From the human T2T-CHM13v2.0 reference genome, Homo sapiens: a stretch of DNA of 64,000 nt. Below the pieces are notes generated by a model. That model was not told where the DNA came from. It saw nothing but the letters and a program-made list of their open reading frames with translations, and did no database searches. The translations under genes and the position numbers were made by a program. The number at the start of each line of letters is the position of its first letter. Position 1 is the stretch's first letter. This document shows positions 17,836 to 28,667 of this stretch, in pieces. The stretch lies in assembly GCF_009914755.1 (NCBI RefSeq), contig NC_060935.1; one strand, written 5' to 3'.

Positions 17836-19009
17836 AGAAATGAAAATAATTAATGCATACATCAAAGACCTTGTTGTATGAAAATATCACCGAAATAGAT
17901 ATTTTTAAAGTCCTTCAAAGTCAGAGAGAAAAAATCCGAACTGAGAGAAAATTCAAAGATATAGTACTACAAATGAGAAACTAAATTTGAACATAGATGT
18001 GGAAGAGATTATAATTCAAGGTTGAGAATGTAATGAATGCTATCACATTTGAAAGTAATAATAAAGTTTCCTACGAAAACAGAATTCAAAAAGAGGTAGA
18101 ATAATTATATAGAACAAGAGCCATTAGTAATTTTTTAAATTATGTAATAAATGGATCCAATTTGGTTCTGAGTTAATGAAAATAATGTTTGCTAGGATAT
18201 CCAACTTTCATTTTATCCTGCAAGAAATTCATCAAAACATACTTCATATCCAGACTCTTAAACTAAGAAACAGTAGTCAAAATAATAAATTTCACTCTAA
18301 CACTACCCATTGGTCCAGGATTTATTTATTTCTTTAGAGAGGAGCTTCAGGAGCCTGTGGGACCCTTCGGGCAAAATCAGTAGATGTGATTTTTTCATAT
18401 GAAATAGTTTTAAATATTTGGCCTACTCCCAGGCTTCCATAATTATTCAAACCGAAGGGAAATTGATCACATCTCAGCAGAAATGTCCACGATAATTAGA
18501 ACATCACACATGCTTTAACACAGTAGCTTTATGTCTATGAGACTCTGGTTGACACGTGAAAGGAACACCAGTCAGCCGTTATTTAATTCCTCATGTTGGC
18601 TACATGCAAATATGGAGAAAAGTCCCAGACTGAATGACATACAAATGTTGGGCCAGTCTCTGAAATTTCTTTTCTTTTTTTGCTAAAAATTTTAATGTTT
18701 TTGTGTTGACCATTAAAAACACTTTGTTTGCCTTTATTTTTTCTTGTAGACAGATTTACTTGACAAATCTCCTTGAACTAAAACCCTTGGACACATTTAC
18801 CCTATTACACTGCACATTCTAACACATGACTATACAATGGCTTTTTAAGTTTTAATTTAAATACCCCAGTTTTCCATTTATACTTTAAAATCCACTAAAA
18901 TTATAATGAATATAAGTACTCATTTGCCCTGGTCAGTCCCAGCTTACTCCTGCTTTCCTAGCATCCAATATAATTCAGTATTTCAGTACTTTCAAAAGTG
19001 TCCTAAATA

Positions 19010-20803
19010 ATCTACAGATCAAAGAGAAAATCAAAACAAAAAGTAGTAAATATTTTGAAATAAATGATGAAAACATAAAATGCCATAAGTTATAGGAGCA
19101 GCTAGTGCACGCTCTTAACTACATACGGTATATTAGAAAAGGCAGAAAATCAATAATTAAGCTTTTAGTATAAGAAGGCGGAACAAACAAAGCCTTAGCA
19201 AATCAAAATGAAGGAATGTAGAAGGAAATAAATGATAAATAAATAGTAATCGATTAAACAGAAAGTAGAAAGTAAAGACTGAGAAAAACCAATAAAGCCA
19301 AATTTGAGTATTTTTAAAGATTACGTGAAAAATCCCTAGCAAAATTAACAATGAAGAAAAAAAGGAAAAGAAACTCATTCTCAATTGCTGATATTTATTT
19401 ATCAGCAATAAATAAAAGAAGAAATCACTACAGTCACAAAAGGATAGGAAGAGCTCATTCCAGTATGGCAAAGTAAGCTTATGACAGACCAATCCTACCA
19501 TAGACAACAACTATAAACTCTGAACAATACACAAAAATCAATTATGTGAAGGCTCTACAGATTTAATAGAAGCAAACAGATTTTGCTGGGTAGTCAACTT
19601 AGGTGAGAAGGAATTGCCACAGGGTGAGTTTCCCATTTTTACTGATTTAACTTGAGGTCCCCACAGTACAGTGTGGCTCAAATTCTGAGAGAAAGAAAGC
19701 CAGCCTTCTGAAGAACCTGAAGACACACACTAACCAATGGAAAGTCCAGAAAGAAATCTGCCTAATTTATGTGTGACTTTATTTATTAAAAAAGTGATGA
19801 TGCGATATAGCAAGGAAAGAATCATTTTTTCAATAAATGGTGCTAGGTCAATAGGATACCAATACAGGAAAAATAAACACATCTTTACCGCTGCCTCACA
19901 CCAAACACAAAAAAGTCAATTCCAATAAAGTACAGACATAAATATTTAAAAGTAAAACATCAATGGTTTTAGGAAAAAAAACATGGAGATCATCTTCGAA
20001 ATTCTGGAGTAGGCAAACATAGCCATAAAGCACCAGCCACTAAGAAAAAATTGTTAAGTCAGAATATGTTTTGACTGAAATCAAAAGATAAGAAAATGAA
20101 AAGGCAAGCTACAGAATGATAGAAGATATTTGTAATGAATTTATTTGGAAACGAACTCTTATCCAAAATATAAAAGAACTCCTACAAATCCATGGGACAG
20201 AGGCAGACAATCCAAATTTGTAAAATTAAAAAACATGGATAGACCCTTTCACAAAAGAGGTTACCCAAATGGCCAATAAGCATATAAACGGGTGCTCAAC
20301 TTCGTCAGTTCAAATCCAAATGACAATGCCATACCACAACCCTCTGAGAATAGCTGAAATGAAAGAAGAAAAACATTGTGTTGATAAGGATGAGAAGTAA
20401 CAACCATTCCCAAATACTACTGGTAAGAGTATAAACTGGTACAATTGCATTGAAGAAATGGCCACAAATGGGAAACTATCCAAATCCCTTCTAACAGTAG
20501 AACACATAATAAATTATAATACATTTATATAATACTATACAGCAATAAGAATAGATCAGCCACAACGACACACATTAACAAGGATCATTTCACAAAAATA
20601 ATGTTAAGCAAAAGAAGTCAAACATGGAATCTAATAGTGGATCTAATGGAATCTAATAGTTGATCTCACAGAAGTAGAGAGTATAATAAAAGTAGAGAAG
20701 TAGAAAAACAGGTAAAAGAAATCTGTGGTGCTACAACTCAGGACTATAGTTTCTCTTTGTGAGTATAATGACAGGAAGGAGGCAAAAAAGGAATTACCGG
20801 AGG
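19010..20803 (+). mobile_element. Patchwork of old L1M (L1MC/ME) ORF2, 5' and 3'UTR fragments
   Basis: ttttttcaataaatggtgctagg, aagaactcctacaaatc, ccaaatggccaataagcatat, and aatctgtggtgctacaactcagg near the end. Confidence 0.7.
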
Positions 20804-20808
20804 TTGAG

Positions 20809-21068
20809 GAACTCCCTCTGTGTAGACATGACCTTAGTATTCATTCCTTCAATCATGCTGCCAGAATACCAGCAGGCCCCGTAGTGAACCTTCACAGTAT
20901 CTCTGCTATATGCTTTACCTGCACAGACACAGCAGTGATATGGACTCCAGGGCTAGTGAAGCCACTGAAAAAACAACTGAAGAGGTGTCCACTTGTATCA
21001 GAAGGTGCTGGTTGCCTACCATGTTCATTATATGTTTTCTGGTGTATCTCAAAGTGGTTTCCTGCAGG
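20809..21068 (-). pseudogene. Processed pseudogene fragment of glutamine synthetase (GLUL), approx. codons 108-204
   Basis: Stitched minus-strand frames give PA-ETTLRYTRKHIMNMVGNQH / TSGHLFSCFFSGFTSP / SPYHCCVCAGKAYSRDTVKVHYGACWYSGSMIEGMNTKVMSTQREF, versus recalled GLUL [21 protein letters not shown]...[63 protein letters not shown]. Frameshifts, an internal deletion and no introns. Confidence 0.85.
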
Positions 21069-21905
21069 ATTTACAACAGTCAATCAAGGAAGTTATGGGA
21101 AACATTGTGGACATGGAAAAAATAAAAAATAAAAAACGTCGGGAGGGAATAGTTGTTTAAGATAGGCACCTTGGAGAAATTCAAGAGTTAACAGACACCA
21201 CACCAGAGGCATTAACAGAAGATGACTTGATGGAGATGAATGCTTCCAAACAAGTGCCAGATGATGAGAAAGAAGTAGAAGAAGCAGTGCCAGAAAACAA
21301 ACTGACATTAGGCAATCTGGCAGAAGTCTTCCAGTTATTCAAGACTGCTGTGACTTCTTCTGACATGGACCCCTATTATAACACAGATACTAAAACTAAA
21401 GCAAACAGTGGAAGAAATGGTACTGTACAAAAACATTTTTAGAGAGCTGAAAAAGCAAAACAGACAAATTAGTATGTATTTCCATAAAGCTATATTGACT
21501 GCGTCTACCTCTCCTTCCTCCCCTCCCACCTTCTCTGTCTCTGGCACCCTTGAGACTACAAGACCAACCCCTCCTCTTCCTCCTTCTGCTCAGACTACTC
21601 AACATGAAAAATGTCAGAACGAAGACCTGTATAATGATCCACCTGCACTTAATGCATGGCAAATATATTTTCTTCCTATGATTTGATTAACATTTTCTCT
21701 AGCTTACTTTATGGAAAGAATGCAGTACATAATACATATACAAATTATGTGTTAATCCACAGATGTCATTGGTACAGCATCCAGTAGTCAAAAGTAGACT
21801 ATTAGCAGTTAAGTTTGGGAGGGGTCAAAAGTTATATGCGTGTTTTCAACTACACGGGTGTGGGGGTCGACACCCCTGATCCGCACACTGTTCAAGGATC
21901 AACTG
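21065..21905 (+). mobile_element. Tigger2, 3' portion
   Basis: Transposase C-terminus (MEMNASKQVPDDEKEVEEAVPENKLTL); terminal gttcaaggatcaactg followed by TA. Confidence 0.88.
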
Positions 21906-22065
21906 TACTTTATTGACCTATTTGCCCACGTATCTTCCCCAACTGTGAACTCAAAGAGTACTGACACAGTATTTTTTTCTCCTGTAACCTGAGCTCTGGT
22001 GCACTTCCTAGAATTTAGTATGTCCTTCATAAAGAATTAATTAAGAACGCACCTAAACATATAAC

Positions 22066-22367
22066 TTTTTTTTTTTTTTTTTTTGAGACACAGTCTCGCT
22101 GTGTCGCCCAGGCTGGAGTGCAGTGGCGCAATCTCGGCTCACTGCAAGCTCTGCCTCCCGGGTTCACCCCATTCTCCTGCCTCAGCCTCCTGAGCAGCTG
22201 GGACCACAGAAGCCCGCCACCATGCCCAGCTAATTTTTTTGTATTTTTTAGTAGAGACGGGGTTTCACCATGTTAGCCAGGAAGGTCTCGATCTTCTGAC
22301 CTTGTGATCTGCACGCCTCGTCCTCCCATAGTGCTGGAATTACACGCATGAGTCACTGTGCCCAGCC
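22066..22367 (-). mobile_element. AluY
   Basis: AluY diagnostics; TSD aacatataactttt. Confidence 0.95.
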
Positions 22368-22517
22368 AACATATAACTTTTAACTCTTCCTTTCCATGAA
22401 TACTTTATTTATTCTCGTGTTTTATATTCAACTCTGCTACTTGCTGGTAAGTTCAAGAATTTGAAATTATTTGGGAGCAAAGATTTTATCTTTGTTAAAA
22501 AAAAAAAAAAAAAAGGC

Positions 22518-22827
<310 letters not shown>

Positions 22828-22836
22828 CCCATATTT

Positions 22837-23134
22837 GGCTGACGCGCTGGCTCACACCTGTAATTCCAGCACTTTGGGAGGCCGAGGTGGGCGGATCACG
22901 AGGTCAGGAGACTGAGACCATCCTGGCTAACACGGTGAAACCCCATCTCTACTAAAAATACAAAAAATCAGCAGGGCGTGGTGACGGGCGCCTGTAGTCC
23001 CAGCTACTCGGGAGGCTGAGGCAGGAGAATGGTGTGAACCCAGGAAGGCACAGCTTGCAGTGAGCCGAGATCGCGCCACTGCACTCCAGCCCGGGGAACA
23101 CACCTAGACTCCGTCTCAGAAAAAAAAAACAAAA
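22837..23134 (+). mobile_element. AluY, tandem to previous Alu
   Basis: ctggctaacacggtgaaaccc, agaatggtgtgaaccc. Confidence 0.93.
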
Positions 23135-23377
23135 GCATATTTATCCTACGATAGTGTTATACCAGATATATATCCTAATTTCATGAATACTCTGGTGTGT
23201 ATATAGATCATCTTTCCAGAATTATAGTCCAAGTCAAAGTTGGAAAATAATTCTTCAGTTCTAGTAATGAGGCAAACAAAGCACCACTATCATCATCTTG
23301 GGAAATCTAAAGGGTTAAGTAAATACAGTAGGAAACAAGGGAATATGTAATACAGAAGCCTATAAAAACGAATTATA

Positions 23378-23800
23378 CCATTATGTTAAGTGAAATAAGT
23401 CAGACACAGAAAGACAAATATCACATGATCTTACTCATAGGTGGAATCTAATAGTTCATCGCACAGAGAGTACAATGGTGTTTACCAGAGGCCAGGATGG
23501 TTGGCAGGGGGGATGGGGAGAATTTGGTCAAAGATACATAATATCAGTTAGATAGGAGGAATAAATTTCAAGAAATCTATTATATAACATGAATTTATAG
23601 CAAGCTGACTATAGTTAATAATCATATATTGTATTCTTTAAAAAAATGTAAACAGTGTAGATGTTATGTACTCTTACCACAAAAATGATAACTATGTGAG
23701 GTAATGCATTGCTAATTAGCTAGATTTAACGATTCCGGAATGTACATACACTTCATAGCATCATGAGGTACACAAAACAATGCCATCTGTCAAAAAATAA
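23378..23800 (+). mobile_element. L1MA 3'UTR
   Basis: attatgttaagtgaaataagtcagacacagaaagacaaatatcacatg...gataggaggaataaatttcaag...aactatgtgaggtaatgc. Confidence 0.85.
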
Positions 23801-23849
23801 TAATTATATGTAGCATTTCAAAAAGTTCACAGCATCAAAAATATTTGTA

Positions 23850-24015
23850 GGGGTGGGGGGACAGAGAGCATCAGGAAGAATAGCTAATGGATGCTGGGCT
23901 TAATACCGAGGTGGTGGGTTGATCTGTGCAGCAAACCACCACAGCACACGTTTACCTATGTAACAAACCTGCACATGAAGCCCAGAACCTAAAACAAAAG
24001 TTGAAGAAAAAAAAA
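23850..24015 (+). mobile_element. Older L1PA 3' end, 5'-truncated
   Basis: gagagcatcaggaagaatagctaatggatgctgggcttaatac...gtaacaaacctgcac and A-tail. Confidence 0.85.
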
Positions 24016-25356
24016 ATTCAAGACGTTTCTATCTGATATTGGACTGCTTTGTCACTTTTTCTTTTGGTCTTCCTAGTGCTTATTTACTACAGGATAAAAT
24101 TAGCACATGCTATTTAATGTGTTCATTTTAAGTACTATGTTGTTTTCTATGTGTTAATTTTATCTCCTCCAGGTGAGACCATTTTTATTACCATAGGTCT
24201 AAAATGACAAGATTAAGTCCAAACAGACAGTAATCACTCAACAGCTATTTATTGAGTAACTTAAAGATTCAATATGAAAGCAACCTTGATCAAAGCTTTC
24301 CAGTTGATATATTGTGAAACAGGGTTTTTTCCTAAACATGATTCTAAAAAACAAGCAAACAAACAAAAATCCTCCCCAAATGAAAAACTCCAGTCACTAT
24401 TTAGCAATACTAATTTCAATTTATCAAACAGAATCAGCCCAAAAATTTCAACAGGTCAGTGAGATTTAAAACAATTCGATGGCAAGAATTTCAATGAGGT
24501 TTGGCTCTAATTAAAAGGTATCACAGATCACTGTCAAAGTCAATAACTCAGTAGTGCGGTAATGATTTGGGAGTCCTTTTCAATTTAGACATTTGTCAAT
24601 CATGATTGCCTTTAAACATCAGTTACCCACTGTCCCTGCTCAGTTTTGAAAAAAAAATTAAATACAAAAATACAACTCAAAATACATGTTTTTTCCACAC
24701 ATAAAATTGGTATTTTAGTAATAAACTCTCGATTCAGGGTTCATAAAATAAAGTAGGTATACTTCTAATTCTTCCTAGCAGTTTTTTGGGGGAAAGAAAC
24801 CCTAAGTATTTTCTGTTATTTGCAGCTGCTTTAACAGCAAACGACAATTAAATGTGTGAACAAGGTTGTCAGAGTAACACTTGTCATTTACACCGCTTAG
24901 GAAAGACATCCAAGACTTCCAGAAACACTAATTAAAATTAACAAAAGCTTCTTATCGGAACTTGTCAGAGAGCTATAGTTTGTCAGACACAGGAAAACCA
25001 GATAGCCTCAAAGTTCAAGAGTTTTCGCTCTAAGGTTTAATTCCAAACCACCTACCACTAGGCACTAACGAACTAAGCCCAGACGCTCAGCAACCAACTC
25101 ATTAAGGTAAGAGATCCCATCCTTTCCATATAACACAAAATTAAGAAAAAGACATCGTGGGGAAGGCGGAGTGAATTTTCTATCAGAAATCAGAAGATAA
25201 ATGAGCAGGAAAAAAGTCTATCCTCACACACAGCGGAGAAAGGTGCTAGCAATTGCTTGATAAGCCCTAAGGGTTTATTGTTTCACCAACCTTTTCTTTA
25301 ACTCAATGTGAATGAAGGCACTCAAAAGGAGAAGAACGTTACGTGATATTACCTAC

Positions 25357-25470
25357 CTCGGGCCCCAAAGAACCCTGGAGACCCTCAACCAGGACACAGG
25401 TGGGCCTTTCTCACCTGGGCCCCGCCGAAGTCGACCGTCCTTTCGTAGGGCGCACTTTTCAGCAATACGC
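25357..25470 (-). other. IMMP1L: IMMP1L non-coding exon 1 (TSS approximate)
   Basis: Minus-strand donor GAG|GTAGGT at 25357/25356; no ATG in the exon; IMMP1L is known to lie head-to-head with ELP4 at 11p13; sequence resembles the recalled IMMP1L 5'UTR. Coding exons lie outside the window. Confidence 0.8.
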
Positions 25471-25622
25471 CTTCCGATTGGTTGGCTCGGGACTGACGTC
25501 TCAGTCCTATTGGTTACGAGAGCCGCGGTTGGGGCGAGGAGGCGGGAGTTTGGCACTGGTTCTGATAGGACGGGTGTTTGCGTTCCCAGAGTTCCTATTG
25601 GGTTAACACTGGAGGCTCTAAG

Positions 25623-25845
25623 ATGGCGGCAGTGGCAACCTGCGGTAGTGTTGCCGCGAGTACTGGGTCTGCAGTGGCGACAGCCAGCAAGAGCAACGTC
25701 ACCAGTTTCCAGAGGAGGGGTCCTAGAGCCAGCGTGACCAACGACAGCGGCCCTCGACTGGTGTCCATTGCGGGCACGCGACCGTCGGTGCGGAATGGAC
25801 AGCTGCTGGTATCAACCGGGCTCCCAGCCCTAGACCAGCTCTTAG
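25623..25845 (+). CDS. ELP4: Elongator acetyltransferase complex subunit 4, coding exon 1
   Basis: ATG in strong context (AAGATGG); [37 protein letters not shown]...[11 protein letters not shown] is the ELP4 N-terminus; 223 nt, phase-1 donor TAG|GTCGGT. Confidence 0.97.
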
Positions 25846-28615
25846 GTCGGTTCAGAGCGGAGATCTGGGCTCAGCCGAGGGGAAACTTAGGGAGGGGACC
25901 TGTCGGGGAAGCCACTTTGACCCCACATCTCTTTCTGACCCCTAAACCTTCGGAGGAGGAGAGAATAGCCTGGTCTGATTGAGATGGAGGGGAATACGGG
26001 TTGTGTGGAGACTTCTGAGCGCTGTTAACTAAACATGTTTTAGTGCCCTCGCTCTCTATTTCATTCCCTGCCCTCCAACCCCTTTTCATATTACGGAGGA
26101 ATTCGTACATGCTTTTTACCCTGAAATGCTTTCTAGTCAAGGGAAGACATTAATTTATGGAGATGGTTTGGCTTTCATTCAGGATACCTCCCTTCTGCTT
26201 TCTCCAGGCAGCTCACGGTTTAGACCAGCCTGCAAAAGTTTTTATAATTGTGAGAGACAGACTTCATTAGAAGATGCTGGAAAAAAATGATTTCCCCTCT
26301 TTGACCGTCAGACTGCCTGTTCTCTGGTTCTAAATCTTAAAACATTTTGGCTTTAAGAGAGCGAATGTTAAAGGCTTATGTTGACACATAATCCTTATAA
26401 AGTATTTTGAGCCTGTCGTTGATATTTAGATAGTGTCTGCGTTAAATCTGTGTATATATTTTTTATTTTTTCTATATACATTTTGCTTCCCAGTATTGAT
26501 TGCTGCTACATTCCATACGACATCTTTAAATTTAACTCACATTTTAACGAGAAAAGTCTAGTTCTTAGGCTTTCCTTTAAAATCTCTGGAATTTTTTATG
26601 AGAAGCCTGCTGAAGAATATGCTTGTTTCATAACTGTTATATTCAAAGGAATGACCAGATTAAGTTGGTAGGACAGATTTGCTGTGTTAATAAAGCTTCT
26701 AGATTAATTTCTGAATGCTGTTTCATTAAAACCCCGTCTGTGTTTACATAACTTTTTTCATAGTGTGTGATATGTGTCTGTTAAATCTTGTACACTTTCA
26801 TAAAATATAACTCATTGCTTGTTCTTGTACTTCGTTTGACATTTCTTTCGGTTATTTTCCCCTCAAAGTAGGCTTTTCATAGGTTTAGTGCAGAGAAAGT
26901 AAGAAGACCAGCAACCTATGAGAAAGAGTATGGCTTCTTGATTCTCTCATTTCATTTTCCGGTTATTTCTAGATAAGTTTAAGTATTTTTCACTTAATTG
27001 TTTCAAATATATTTTCCTCCTGAGTTGCATGGTACTGTAAATAGAAGTGATTCAAAATATCTAGTTAGCAAATATATAGTCCACCGTTTTTCCCTTGTGA
27101 GCCTCAGTTGATATCCTCTTACATTTGAACTTTAAGTTTGGTAGCTATTTCTAGGCCTTATATATTTTTTAATTCAATGGGATATGTAACTTCATTTACT
27201 TGATACTAAAACTTTCCAAACAAAAAGGTTATGTTTCTATTATAATGTCTTCAGTTCCTCATTAGAATAACAAAATGTTCCTAGTGTACCTCCTGGCACT
27301 TAGTAGATTCTCAGTAAGTTGTTGAATACAAGAAAAATAATGTGTAGAAAAAAACTGAGACAAGAAATTATGAAACATGTAGAATGGAGTTTCATGTTTG
27401 AGCTCTAAAAACAAATTAAGTGATATGAACAGTCTCACAAAACCAGTGACCATGTGTACTGATTGTTAGGCTTCAAATTTAGTGCTCTTTGCACTAGGCT
27501 ACCGCTGTCTGAAATTTTTACGTATTCTTTCCAGGGGTTTTGACCATTTATTGAACCTCGGATTAATGATTTAACTATCGTCTCTTAAAGTACCCACCAA
27601 AAAGAGAACCCAAAGCACCTTCTATACGTGTTTCTTCAGAGATACAAACTTGAACAGTAATTTTTAAAGTTTCCGTATTTGCTTGGAATGGGAGACTCGA
27701 GTAGGGTATTTAAGTGTAACAAGCTTATGCTAAAAATTACTGTTCATTAAGATGGTAGAAACAGTATTGGTTGTTGAATACTTTGAAATATATTTTGCAT
27801 GTATGCAGTGAATTCTCAAAGTGCACAAAAGTTGAAGAGGTTATAATAGAATTGACTACATCTTGAAAAATAAATATGTCCAGAAGTATTTTAGTTTTAA
27901 CCTCTTAATGACATTTTTGTATCTGATTTTCTGTATAAGCAGTTTAGACTATGTTATTACTTGAAAATGTTATTTGACTCAAGTTGCGACAAGCCTAATA
28001 TGACTATATTGTGACAAAAGGTAATGATAATAGGATGTTATGGTGTTAGAACGGTAAAACTATACTGTAATATTGTGATTATTGCCTGAATATATTATGT
28101 GGTTACTGTGTAACAAGTAAATATTATAGCTTCCGTGTAGTACGGTGACATTTTACTACTGCCACCGTGACGTCATTGTAATTTTAAACATGGATGCAAA
28201 ATATATTTGAAAGGCATCATACATGCTAATTGTTAGTCATTTGATGATACACTGATAATTCCATTACTTATTCCAAAGCATTTCATGAATTTGAAAATTT
28301 TCAATATCTGCATTTTTCAAATGACCTAATATATAATGTTTTTGTTCTGACAACCTAATTGTATTATGAGATATTGATATACATTTCCCAAGTTAGCTAC
28401 ATTAAAATTGTTTAAATTCCCAGATTATCTAACCCATGTTCTCAACCTTGCCCTTCTGGGATATTTATATTGTTATTTGAGGACACTGTATGTAAATAAC
28501 ACTTATATTTTGGAAAAGGAAAGATAGATATTCCATCGATTGAAGAGGTACTCCATTTCTCTTCCAGGGGTTTCCAAAGAAAGATTATAGCAACTAAAGA
28601 ATTCTGGCAGAAATG

Positions 28616-28667
28616 CCCCCTGCCCTCCGCCCCCCCTCCCCCGCCCCGCCCACCCAACCCCATTCCC
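28616..28667 (-). other. G-rich tract (G-quadruplex potential on minus strand)
   Basis: Many C3-C7 runs with short loops on the plus strand. Confidence 0.7.

Larger units (their letters stand above)
25330..25960. promoter_or_regulatory. CpG island / bidirectional IMMP1L-ELP4 promoter
   Basis: Sharp CpG-dense island in an AT-rich background; ATTGG (inverted CCAAT) at 25477, 25509 and 25597; CRE-like TGACGTCT 25494-25501; GC-rich GGCGGGAG; YY1 motif AAGATGGCGGC at 25620-25630; no TATA box. Confidence 0.9.

Noticed and set aside
20725-21132. 135-aa plus-strand ORF
   Set aside because: It is the antisense shadow of the GLUL fragment joined to L1 and Tigger2 sequence.
25541-25555. CDE/CHR cell-cycle element
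   Set aside because: GGCGG is followed by TTTGGC rather than TTTGAA, and the spacing is off.
25578-25982. 134-aa ORF overlapping ELP4 exon 1
   Set aside because: It starts at a TTG upstream of the true ATG (25623) and reads through the exon 1 donor into the intron, so it is not a separate protein.
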